A stretch of DNA of 64,000 nt from Batkoa obscura (taxonomy: Eukaryota). Under the pieces are notes generated by a model. That model saw nothing but the letters and a program-made list of their open reading frames with translations, had not been told where the DNA came from and did no database searches. The position numbers and the translations under genes are program-made. The stretch is from positions 62,001 to 126,000 of the forward strand of contig JASVEC010000014.1 in the NCBI GenBank assembly GCA_030770535.1, read 5' to 3'. Below are positions 1 through 11,573 of the stretch, one piece after another; position 1 is the stretch's first letter, and every line of letters begins with the position of its first letter.

Positions 1-151
1 GTATTTATCTTACATAGCCTATAGCTTATTATATGCTATTCTTCATAATTCAAGTTATCTTAGTCATATAAACTAAGACCTTTCGAATTACAGTATAGTC
101 AATTAGGCAATAGCTGTTTTTGAATCCAATCACTGAATACCAGATTTCACA
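1..151 (+). mobile_element. 3' end of an LTR (same family as the solo LTR at 20526-20928), truncated by the window edge
   Basis: Aligns by eye to about 20775-20928 (shared 'aactaagacctttcga' and 'taccagatttcaca'). Ends in ...ATTTCACA. Confidence 0.8.
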
Positions 152-200
152 GTACTTAAAAAATGGAAAAGATAATGAAATCAAAAAGGACATCTACATA
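152..200 (+). mobile_element. Right half of a ~103-bp MITE interrupted by the LTR
   Basis: 'gtacttaaaaaatggaaaagataatgaaatcaaaaaggacatctacatat' matches the MITE 3' half and begins immediately after the LTR CA end. Confidence 0.7.
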
Positions 201-599
201 TGCTGAATTTAATTTAACATTTTAAATAAATAGTTAAAATAAATTTTGCTTACTGTTTTATTATCTTTTAAATATAAAACATTAAATTCTGATATTAACA
301 TAATTTGTTTGTCATAATGGTTTAAGTTTATTAATTTTGATCTTGTTTTTGTTTATATTTTATTTAAAGTTTAAAATTATTATTTTTTTAATAGTTTTAT
401 TAAACATCTTTTTTAAGTATTAACATGAAATTTATATAACTTATACAGCTTTTTTTTCTTTATTAAAAGATAACTGATAAAAACATTACCATATACAGTT
501 AAAATAAACTATAATAGCGATCTCATCTCAAAAACATAAATTCATAATATAAAAATCAAATAATCAAGAATAAGCTAAATCATTTTTTTATATAAAATG

Positions 600-1092
600 T
601 GGATAAATTTCAAACTCCGTTAAGGATCGTAATAAATTTCCAGTTTGATTTTTATATGGGCTAATTTCAAACCTGTTTTTGAACAGGTATTTTTTATCAG
701 ATGTACCCAAAATTTGCAAAAAACATGTAAAAAATAACCTCAAGTTTAAACTGATTTAATATAATACTGATATTTCATACCTAGTCATCTAATAAGGACA
801 TGATATATAAAGGGGTTATTACAAAACGAAAAGCTTATCATAAGTTGAAATAGCTATCCTCAGATAAATGCTCAAAAAATAGGATTTTTATGAAATCAAA
901 CAAGAGTAAATATCATCTAATAATTATACATAAATTGGCTTCAACCAGATTAATTTTTGGTACTTAAAAGTTTTGCGAATATGGATAAGCCCGATAAAAC
1001 AATCCCTTTTTTGTTTAATTTTAAAATTAACTATATAAAATGTGTTGGAAGTTTTTATTTTCAATTCTTGACCGGATTTTTAAATTTATCCA
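600..1092. mobile_element. Degenerate non-autonomous element with terminal inverted repeats (~490 bp)
   Basis: tggataaatttcaaactccg (600-619) and cggatttttaaatttatcca (1073-1092) are an 18/20 inverted match, with weaker similarity continuing inward. No TSD recognised. Confidence 0.45.
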
Positions 1093-1648
1093 ATTTAGTT
1101 TTGATAGTCGTATCATAAATTGAGATATATATATTATAGCACTCATATCTGAAGTAAATATAATCTTTTTCGATTAACATAAATTTTTGCTAGGCATTCT
1201 TAGTTAAAAATGCTAGTTATTATTAGTTTTAATTTAACAGATGAGAATATGATTCAACGTGATAAAGGGGTATAATTATATGGGTTAATTTATTTTAAAG
1301 AGATCGAGGAAAAATTACGTTACTTATATTTTTAAGGAGTACAATATAATTGCAAAAAATCTTTATGTGACAAATATTAGTTATATATTAACTATACTAT
1401 GAACAAATACATTATTTAGATCTTAAAATATTATACAATTTTCATACAAAAACAATACTTGTCTTCAGATCGTGAAAGTTTGACTATTAAAAATAATAAA
1501 CACGTAATTTTATTATTTAAATCGAAACTGGTAATTATAATTAAATTATAAATCTCATCCCTTCAAAGAAAATATAGGTTTGATTTAAAAAAGAGATATA
1601 TAAGTAAACTAAAATCATAAATCTGTTTATTTTTTTTCATATTTAAAA

Positions 1649-3266
1649 ATGAGTATTCAAAATAAAGCTGTAAAATCTAAGAACGAAGAAAAGGGGCCAT
1701 GGTACATTAAGTTGGTTGAGTACCTTGGGGATAAAACTAGTGATATGTTTTTAAACATAGCTTATACACCATTGATAAGCTTAGGTAAATTATTGTTAAA
1801 TCCCCATTACACTTATTAAATTTTATCTAGTTAAAAATGAAATATTAAAACTACTTCAAAAAATTCAAATAAATCATTTAGAAGTAATTACTGTTGAAAA
1901 AGAGAAATATTATTTTGGCAAAAAGAAAAGTGAAGGTGATAAAACAGTAACCCTTTTAGTTAAAAACAATCGTTTCTGGTTGAGAGTTGCTATGTTCTCA
2001 GATTTAGTAACTAGTTTATTTTTTATCTCTTTGTTTACTAACTATAACTTTTAGGGTTTAGCTGAATCTTATCTGCTAGATGAATGCGAAATTAGTAACA
2101 TCGCTGATTTTTTAAAAGTAAGTACATTAATTATATACAATTTCCACATTATACTAATTATAATAGTTATTAGTATTTAATCGTAGTGAGTTAACGGGAC
2201 AAAATGGTAGTACTGATATTACTTCTAAAGTATTTCAAACTTTAGATTATATTTCAAATACACAATTAGTCAATAGCATAAACAATACCTTAAATAATAT
2301 ATCTGCTCATTATGACTTAGGAAATGATTTCTTTGAACTTTTTTTGGATCCAACTTTAACCTACTCCTGCCCTATTTGGGAAGAACTTCATGACAATGAA
2401 GATGAAGTAAGAACAAAAAGCTTGGATGAAGAGTTTGATGAACTTTATAGTGCCCAATTAAGAAAGTTACATACTATTATTAGAAAAGCAAAATTGTGTA
2501 AAGAGGATCATTTGTTAGAAATTGGTAGTGGATGGGGCGCTCTTTCAATTGAGGTAACTTACTTAGATTCTAAATATATAACACATAATTATATTTTATT
2601 TAGGCTGTCAAATTAACTGGATGTAAAGTAACTACCCTTACCTTAAGTATTGAACAGAAACTTTTGGCTGAGAAAAAAATAGCTGAAGCGGGCTATGATA
2701 CTAAAATCAATGTGGTATTAATGGATTATCGGGACTTATTAAAATCTGGTATGAAATTTGATAAAATCATATCAATTGAAATGATTGAGGCTGTTGGGAA
2801 AGAGTATTTATCTACTTATTTTAATTGCTGCCATTCCGTGTTAAAAGAAGAAGGCGGGATTATGGTATTACAAGGAATTACAATCCATGAATCAAGATAT
2901 GATGATTACTGCAGTAGAGTAGATTATATTCAAAAATATATATTCCCAGGAGGTCACACTCCTTCTATTACTGCTTTGGTTAACGCAATTAAAGATGGGA
3001 GTGATAACCAATTAGTAATTAATGATATCAATAACATCGGGATGCATTATACACGAGCTTTGAGATTATGGAGAGAAAAGTTTATTTTAAACTATGAAAA
3101 AATACGTCAAATCGATCCTACAAAATATGATGATATTTTCAAACGTACTTGGTTATTTTATTTAGCTTATTGTGAAGCAGGATTCGCTACCCATTGTATA
3201 GGTGATATCATCATGGTGTTATCTAGACCAAATAACCAAGCTATCCACGAAGGAATTCCTATGTGA
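1649..3266 (+). CDS. Cyclopropane-fatty-acyl-phospholipid synthase family SAM methyltransferase (multi-exon)
   Basis: Motifs NISAHYDLGNDFF, LDPTLTYSC, LLEIGSGWG, FDKIISIEMIEAVG, YIFPGG, YLAYCEAGF. Short GT-AG introns (e.g. 1785-1830). Confidence 0.9.
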
Positions 3267-3308
3267 TTTAATTTTAATTATTATATATATGTTATGGTAT
3301 TTTATCTA

Positions 3309-3410
3309 TATAGGGACGTATTTTTTGTTCAACAATTTTACTACCAATTTTTCTGCTCAAATAGCGCTTAAAAAATGGAAAAAGTGATGAAGATAAAAAA
3401 TATCCCCATA
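3309..3410 (+). mobile_element. MITE copy (~103-bp family)
   Basis: Termini tatagggacgtatttttt ... aaaaaatatccccata with core aaatagcgcttaaaaaatggaaaaa. Confidence 0.85.
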
Positions 3411-4665
3411 TACATTTCATTAAATTATATATATCCAAGTATCATAATTGACTTCAGAATTTTTCAAAAATTTGTATTCTTAACATATTAGGAATTAGTA
3501 TTATTTACTTTGCAAATTTAATATGGTAGTTTTGACTTTTAAATTAAGTATTATAAAACCACCGACTTTTTTTATCTGACATAAACAATAACTTTATTTT
3601 ATTGGAATTAAGGCTGCTGCTTTTGTGGTCACTTTATTTAAAATAAATGCAACCTACTTTTCTTTAAAAACTAATTGGTTCCCATACATATTGTTATGTT
3701 TAAAAAAACCCAAAGGTGGGACAGTAAAAGAAATAGGTAGAAGAAAGGAAATCAAAACTATATACTTCATCGGCAAATATTATCTAATACTACCTTTATT
3801 CCAAGTTAAAGTTATTAATTAAATATAGAGTATGATGTTTTCATTCGGAAAAAAGTTGGAAATCAATGTAAATTAAAAAATAAGGTCTTTAGCTTGAGAT
3901 ATTCTCAAAATCCCTTCTACAACTCTGATCACCTTTTTCAAATAGTATCCTCTTTATTTTTGAAGACGAATCACTTTTTCCTGGATAAGTAAAGCTTGCT
4001 GATATATGGGCTTTTAAAATATTTGTATAAAGTTTATATATATACTACGTTCGATTGGATAAAATAAGAATTACTATAGGTCATGAAGGTTGATGAAGCC
4101 TTTAAAAACAAAGTACTTTTAATAAGCACATGCATAAAGTTGGATACCTGAAAGCAATACAATGTAGAGCTATATGTTTTAGAAGCTTATATATTCGATA
4201 TAAATCGAATAATAAAGGTTGATATTCGTTCTAAAATCTAATTAAAAAATACCCAATTATTATTTAATTACTAGACTTCCTTATTAGGAACAATTAACTT
4301 AACTAACCATAGCCTTGAAAAAAACATAAATTCCGAAATTTAAATAAGCTTAATTAACTTTACTCATGATTAAAGGTTAAAATCAAATCATTATAAGAAC
4401 ATAATAAACTCAAATCAAAGCAAACCAAAAGAATCTATTTTATAAAATAATGAATTGTTCAAAACAAAAAAAATGTATAAAAGAATAAGGGTTGATAAAT
4501 GATAACTAGACCAACAATCAATATTAGAACTATATAAGCTTACTTGTGATACTAGTAAGTTGTACTCAAATTTTCTATTAAATTGATAAAAGCCAAGGTT
4601 TTGTTTTCGTTATAGAGAGGTGTATGTTTTGTATTTTTGGTGTTAAAAAAACATAAAATTCAAAA

Positions 4666-4768
4666 TAGGAGGACGTTTTTTTGGTTTCATCACTTTTTCC
4701 ATTTTTTAAGCGCTATTTGAGCAGAAAAATTGGTAGTAAAATTCTTAAACAAAAAATACATCCCCATA
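4666..4768 (-). mobile_element. MITE copy
   Basis: Close reverse complement of the 3309-3410 copy. Confidence 0.85.
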
Positions 4769-4822
4769 TAATGCTTACTTGAATTTTATTTGAATTAAAG
4801 TTAAGAGCTAGTTGCCTCGATT

Positions 4823-5900
4823 TGGTGGAGAACTGAAAAGCGCAAACGATCAATAATACTATAATGAAAAATTGAATGCCGAGTCAATAATTTATGCATT
4901 TTAAAAAGGAATATTCAATTTTAAGGGAGATTATTGCTTAACTACCATTATTTAAAGGGTATTCATTATTATTTCTATTCAATAAAGGTAAGATCAAATT
5001 AATAATCAGGTATATGAGTTTGTTAGCAAGATATAGACAGAAATAAAGAAGAAGGATAATTCAAAGTTATAAATGACCACAACTGTGATCTTTGAGATTA
5101 ATACAGGTGATCTTAAAAGTCCCCAGATCGAAGTAATTAATAATTTTTTGAAATTAATAATAGACGTTTACCTCTATTCAAGGAAGATACTAATGATTTA
5201 ACTGAAAGACTCACGGTATTAAATACATCTATTTATACTTGTAGTTTAATATGGGCACCTTTTACAGCTCTTATTAAAGCCGTATTAGCTAATATGTAAT
5301 ATAAGCTACACAAATACATTCAGACTCAAACCATCGCTGGATACAGTAAAATTTATACTAATTTTACTAAATGAACTTCAATCATTTTTACAGGTACATA
5401 AATTGCACTCAGAGTCAATTAACCGTACAGTTCATCCCACTTCAGTTGTTGGACTTAATATCACATATAGACATCTAAGTGAGAATCAGAAGCACGAAAG
5501 GCATGTAACATAAAGGGCATTAGTTAGACCATATTTGATTTTTTTCAAGTGGAAGAATTGAACTTTTAAATATGCTATACCGAGAATACAATTATATTGA
5601 AATGAACGAGTTGATAAGGAAGGATTTTAAAAAAGCAGAGATAAAGAAATTGAGAAGTGAAGATATTATTACTACTGTTTCAATTTATTCGCCATTGGTT
5701 TCTCGTATAATCCAAGCACTTCAATTGAGGAATATTCAAATAACCAATTAACATTAACAACAGTATTATAATGCTTTAATGTAATAGGCTATTATAGCAA
5801 GTTAAAGCATGAATATATAACTCAAGAGCCTGTAGTCATAATTGAGAACTGTTTATTATTTATAGAAATAAATAATAAGAAAATTAGAAATAGTCAAATT
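4823..5900 (+). pseudogene. Possible decayed LTR-retrotransposon internal region (PBS plus gag relic)
   Basis: TGGTGGAGAA at 4823 resembles a tRNA-Ala primer-binding site. Downstream interrupted frames read LPLFKEDTNDLTERL...W and a broken CX2CX4H-like CFNLFAIGF. Confidence 0.35.
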
Positions 5901-6129
5901 ATAAAAAACAATGGCAGCCGGATATCTTTATGTGATTAATTTGAACAAATAGCCTTATTATTCTAATTTGACAAAACATTATATTCTGCTGATTGGTTTT
6001 AACTATTATATAAATTATTTTGTTTTTGCTGTCTGTATCTTATTTAATTTCAATTTTTTAATATAATTACAAATAAGACTAGTTATGACTTAAAATCTAG
6101 TTTATTGAGAGTCTAAAATTTATTTAAAA

Positions 6130-6228
6130 TATAAGGATGCTTTTGTTTAAAAATCTCACTAATGGTTTTTCTACCCAAGTAGTGCTTAAAAAATGGAAAG
6201 AGTGGTAAAATAAAAAAATACCTCCATA
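6130..6228 (+). mobile_element. MITE copy (diverged)
   Basis: tataaggatg...agtgcttaaaaaatggaaag...cctccata. Confidence 0.75.
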
Positions 6229-6256
6229 TAGACACCTTAACTTAACAAAATAATGC

Positions 6257-6430
6257 TCAAGGAATGATGTGAGAAAAGGGGAATGGGCTGAGTTTCTCTG
6301 CACTATCTACAGGTTCGCCTGCCACTGGAATTGATCTAGGTTGGATCAAAGAAACGTTATTAGACTCTATGACAGGGGCAGCAAAATAGTAATACATAAT
6401 AAATAATGAATATAATAAAGGTGATTTCAT
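6257..6430 (-). CDS. Small putative secreted peptide, 57 aa (MKSPLLYSLFIMYYYFAAPVIESNNVSLIQPRSIPVAGEPVDSAEKLSPFPFSHIIP)
   Basis: Manual translation. Hydrophobic N-terminus ending FA|AP, locally raised GC, and TATAAATA about 60 bp upstream. Shorter than any ORF in the supplied track. Confidence 0.6.
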   Translation of the reverse strand: MKSPLLYSLFIMYYYFAAPVIESNNVSLIQPRSIPVAGEPVDSAEKLSPFPFSHIIP

Positions 6431-7244
6431 ATTGATGTTGAAAGACTTTGTAATTACTTAATGATTTAATTTGTATAGTTTTATTGAGTATTTATACACT
6501 TTTATTACTAATACTTCGACATATATAAAAATGGAATTTTATGACTTGAGATTATAATTTACTCAAAATGTTTTGGATCTACAATTTTTGTTTTATTTCA
6601 AACTCAGTTAAATAAAGCGCCCACCGCTTCAAACTACAGCTTCATTTAACTTTAATTTTTTGAAATTTCATTTCATCCTTAAAGTTTATAATTAATGCAA
6701 TAAGTATATTATAATTTAAACAATGACACTATAAACTGCAAAACATAAAAAACAAAGCTTTATATATTTTCTATAATTTTGTAACTAAGATTTAATGTAA
6801 CACACATTCAGACATAATTTGTAAATAATATAACATTGAAGAAAGTTACATACTAATTATATTAAAATAAAATATAACTTCATGAATGATCGAAATAATT
6901 TTAACAAATATGTAAAATTATTTCAATAATTGTTAAATTAAATCAAATAGTCCACCATTATGCAATTTTAAACAATATATAACAAACCAAAATTTGAAAC
7001 CGGACGGATTTTATTGATATTAGTAATAATATTAAAGATGGACAATAACATTTCTTATACTAGTAATAATTCATTTAAATATTTAAAGTTTAACCTTATC
7101 TGATATTTCTGTGTTATTTTAGCTCCGTTAGTTCAACTTAAAGCCAATGAAAACTAGTTTAAGTATAATGTTTAAATATTTAGTTGAAAAACTTTTATTT
7201 CAACTTAAAGCTGTTAGGTTATACTTCTATATTAGGAGTCGAAT

Positions 7245-7347
7245 TAATGTGACGTCTTTTTTGATTTCATTGCTCTTTCGGTTTTTTAAGTACTATTGAG
7301 CCAAAAAAATACTAACAAAATTCTTAAACAAAAAAGATATCCTTATA
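7245..7347 (-). mobile_element. MITE copy (diverged)
   Basis: gacgtctttt...ttttttaagtactattgag...aattcttaaacaaaaaagatatccttata. Confidence 0.65.
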
Positions 7348-9235
7348 CATGTATGTTAAGTTTATACTAAAGGTTTCAAATGCTATATATGTCAATATAA
7401 TATATATGGAATTATGCTAGTGTAAAATCATCTTATGATTTATGTCGCATTTTTAATGCATTAAATATTATTTTATTAAACCATGCTTGTTATAAACTTT
7501 TTTCTACAGGTAGTATAAAATATACAATAGATCGATACTTCTGATTTCATTAACAATTGTCTATTTAGTATATTTTATAAATGTATACTCTGTTGTAAGT
7601 TTGAAATCTCAAACCGATTTATCTCTTTAATCTAAAAAACGTAAATAATGTATTTACAGTAGTAACTACCAAATTTAAATTTAAAGTTTTTTTTGATCAA
7701 AAGTATTATGTAGTAATAAATCACACCGATGATCACTATTATAATTCTTTCATATTTTTGCCATTAATCTATAGTTAAGAACAATAGACTTTGAATAAAA
7801 CACATCTATAAGCTAATAACCCTAGTTAGTTAGATATTTAAAGAGCAATAATTAAATTATAATATTGTTGTTTTTAAAGCTATTGTAAAAAGTATATGAA
7901 ATGATTCCTAAATGGCTACAATAAGGTAATCTATAAGCGCCTTTTATATACAATCTTTATAATAACTACATATATCTTATTTTTAGTTATCATTGAAAAA
8001 GTAACATCTACACCAAAGTAAATGTGTATAAATTATTTGATTAATTATAATATAAAAGTTGAATTTATCTTACTAGTCGAAAAGTAATATTATATGTTTT
8101 AAGTAATTCTTTTATGCAGTTCAACTATGTTAATAAAATATTAACAAATAAATAGATAATATCACCTAAAAAATTAACCTTTTCATGTTTGGCTTTTAGT
8201 GGAAAATCCTAGATTTTACATCTTAATTGCCTCATGTTGAAAACCAGCAAAATGTAGAATTCAAGATTATATATCTCCTTGGATATCTCACTTCCTTATC
8301 TTCTCCTTTAATAGATTACTCAATTCTTGCTCACACAAGATATTAAGGTTAAATCATTTTATTCTGAATATATATGCTTTTACCTATCACCTTTTATCAT
8401 AACTTATCTATTTTAAATCTTAAGAAGATCGCGCACCATTTTTTATTTAGTAACTTCACTTTTGGGCTAAAAAGAAGGAGGTAATTTCACTCACCACCGT
8501 AAAAAAGCCATTAAGATTTTAGTATTAAACTTGTATTTTTTGTTACTTTGAAAAGATTTAATTGATAAATATATTAAATATTGATGCAAACTATGTTGCT
8601 ACAGCATTGCACAGTGAGCTTTAGACAGTATAATATTTATTTCAGTTTGAGATAGTTTAAATGTGCCTTTTAACAATTTAAAGAATAAGGTTCAGGTAAA
8701 ATAACCCTCTATTTCATTAAGCCTATCTAATTTAACTTTTTTCCTTACTTTTTCTCAATAGAGTAACCAGAATAAAATCATAGGTTATTTTTGATGTTTG
8801 TCCAAAATTAAGTTTAAATTTAATTTATAAACCGCAAAGGAAATTTTAGTATCTGGTGCATCATTAGACTTATTTATTTTTATAAAATTTCCCTGTAGAT
8901 AAGGAAAAGGCTGGTCTTGATATCAAAGCCTATATCTTTATCTTGTAAATCTTTACTTTACTGTATTTGACCTTGTTTTAAAATTTTATTAGTTTGTTAG
9001 TAAAAAAAAACTGATAGTTTCAATTTCTGCAGATTATTTGAAGGATTTAACAAAACTTAAAAGCGCGGCTTTCTAAATATAGTTTACTCCTAAAAAAGGG
9101 CATTGTTAAAAGTTATTCTTATTTTAATTATTTATCCTTAATTATTTGATCCACAGCTTTGGTAATGTTTAAATTAAGGACTTCGAAAGCTATTGTCGCA
9201 GGGCTTTATATTGTTTTATTTCGTCTACATAAAGC

Positions 9236-9291
9236 ATATGTTGCCTATAATATTATATATTTTTATTGATATGACAATATAGGCAACATAT
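9236..9291. repeat. Perfect 14-bp inverted repeat with a 28-nt spacer
   Basis: atatgttgcctata (9236-9249) and tataggcaacatat (9278-9291). Confidence 0.8.
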
Positions 9292-9509
9292 TAAACCTTA
9301 AAAATATAGATATAATTATAGCAAGAATAAATATGTTTGTCAGTTTTTTAATTAAAAATCAATTTTAAAATTACTAAACATGTTTTTGCCAAGAAAAAAG
9401 TTCTTTGTATAGAAATTCGGGATAATTAATTAGGAGAACAGCACTACACGAAAAATAATAAGAAAAATATAAAAGCTTGCCATTATTCTAATTGTGACTA
9501 AATATTACA

Positions 9510-11081
9510 ATGAGTATCTTTGAAATGGTTATTAAAATTAATGATACCTCATTTATGAAAAACATTAATACTAACAAAGCACTGAAACGGAAAAATAAAA
9601 AACAAAAGCAAGTAAAAAAAACAGAATATAGTATCTTGAAAGCCAAGACTATAATACTGTGTCAAGATGGAAACCTTACTCAAGCACCTTTAATTAATAA
9701 TGACCTACTACTATATCCATTATTGCATAATAAAGGAGATACCACTACTAATTTTAGAGTTACACTTAACTTACTAGACTCCCTTGATTTTACTAAACAT
9801 TATTTTTCAATACCATCTAACCCATCATGCCTTCAAATTGACCCAGATATCCTTGTAAATATTCAAAATGAGTCAATTGAAAATTACTTCAAATATAACA
9901 ATGAAAACATGAGATTATTTAATAAAGACGCGTTTGATTTAAGCTCCAAATCTCCAGCATTAAAGATGGCCATCTATGCATGTGGTATGATGTGGATTCC
10001 ATCCTCCTTTCCAGTAGAACAATTGCTAAATAGTTTAGAGCATAAATTATATAATCATTTATCTAAGCTATCTAATCTTAAAATAAATTTAGATACTATA
10101 CAACTCATATTAGTAGTATTAGATGGACTTCAGTCATTTACATGGACCCATCGATTCACTTCTAGTTTACTACAGCATATGGTACGGCTGGCTGGAGCGT
10201 TAGGGTTAGATGTAATTTATTTCACTAAAAACAAATCACTGGTAAACGAAAGAGAATTGGCACACAAAGAATTATATAGAAAATACCTCTATTCCACCTT
10301 TAATAAACTGGGGTTTTTAAACATCCCTAATAGGCATCAAAATGTTTTGAACGATCGATCTAATTTTTCTACCGAATTTATACAAACCAGCTGTGCCATA
10401 CCAAGCAAAAGTATAATTAAACGTAAAGTCTTATTTATGGAATCTGAATACAATCAAGTTCTATTGGTACTATGTTACATAAAGAATGATATAATTACCG
10501 AAACAACAGATTATATCAAACAGACAATAAAGAATACAGCGCGGATTTTAGAAAACATACAAAAAGAGTATAAGAAATTTGTAGAATACGTGAATCAATA
10601 CCCAAATGTTTTTAAGCAATCAGATAGAGCTTATTTAAGTCTCCACTTTAAAAAAGCAAGTATTTTATATCATTATTATCGCTTCATATTATTCACAACG
10701 AATATTTCGCCCAAATTTATATCTGAAGAAAATCATGTACAGCTTGGGATCAAGTTCAATATAAATAAATTGAATATTAATACTTTGTTATATCAAGATA
10801 TTACCATAGCTTTAGTAGAATGTTTTAATCTTATTGAGTGCTGCACTCAAATCACTAATTTTACTATATCACAACTTGAACTTACGATTTTAAGCACTAG
10901 TGTTTTATTTTTAAGCTTATTTGGTGAAAAGAAAGAATTTATAGGAGTGCAACAAAAATTAAATCAAGCTATCAATTATTTATATAAACTTAGCTTAAAG
11001 CCTTATTATAATTATAAATCAAATCAATATCTTAAGCTTATTAAAGCTATGAGTCGATTTAATAAAGATTACGATGTTTAA
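9510..11081 (+). CDS. Intronless 523-aa protein resembling the fungal TF middle-homology (Fungal_trans) region, without a Zn2Cys6 cluster
   Basis: Long ORF with a basic NLS-like N-terminus (KRKNKKQKQVKK). IENYFKYNN..LF, LDTIQLILVV and RLAGALGL patterns resemble Fungal_trans. Confidence 0.55.
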   Translation: MSIFEMVIKINDTSFMKNINTNKALKRKNKKQKQVKKTEYSILKAKTIILCQDGNLTQAPLINNDLLLYPLLHNKGDTTTNFRVTLNLLDSLDFTKHYFSIPSNPSCLQIDPDILVNIQNESIENYFKYNNENMRLFNKDAFDLSSKSPALKMAIYACGMMWIPSSFPVEQLLNSLEHKLYNHLSKLSNLKINLDTIQLILVVLDGLQSFTWTHRFTSSLLQHMVRLAGALGLDVIYFTKNKSLVNERELAHKELYRKYLYSTFNKLGFLNIPNRHQNVLNDRSNFSTEFIQTSCAIPSKSIIKRKVLFMESEYNQVLLVLCYIKNDIITETTDYIKQTIKNTARILENIQKEYKKFVEYVNQYPNVFKQSDRAYLSLHFKKASILYHYYRFILFTTNISPKFISEENHVQLGIKFNINKLNINTLLYQDITIALVECFNLIECCTQITNFTISQLELTILSTSVLFLSLFGEKKEFIGVQQKLNQAINYLYKLSLKPYYNYKSNQYLKLIKAMSRFNKDYDV

Positions 11082-11573
11082 GTTCTACTCTGCGAAATAA
11101 AGTTATAATATTGTAATTATTATAATTTTATAACTATTATTTAAAACAACGCTATATCCACTATTTTTATTATTTATAAATAGTATTATAGCGCAGAAAC
11201 CGATAAGTAAATTTTGGAATATCATTATCTGATGAAGTAGAGCAGGATAAACGAATATAAAGCATTTAAATAAAAACTAGTGTGATAGACACAACGTTAT
11301 AAACCGTAACGGATTCAATGATAATTTATGATGGTAGGATAGGCTAATCAACCTATTCTAAAATTAGACAATAGATATATTTTGTTTAGTAAAGGCATAC
11401 TATAGCGTTTGGCAAGAAACTATTGAAAGTGGATCCCCAAGCATAATATGATTATATTTTTTAAATAAGTAGATTTATATAATGAAATAAATTAAGGAAT
11501 TCTACTTTAGGTTTTTCATTTTTACTCTATACAAAAAGTGATATAGTTTATTTTACTTTTATTTATAGCTTAA

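Noticed and set aside
3202..3387. 61-aa ORF ending FSAQIALKKWKK, similar to the ORF at 19767-20012
   Set aside because: The shared C-terminus is read-through into MITE copies, not a protein family.
3380..3392. GTGATGA in the MITE as a snoRNA C box
   Set aside because: It is not conserved across copies and has no paired D box.
3625..3822. 65-aa ORF
   Set aside because: Non-ATG start, no motif, and intergenic composition.
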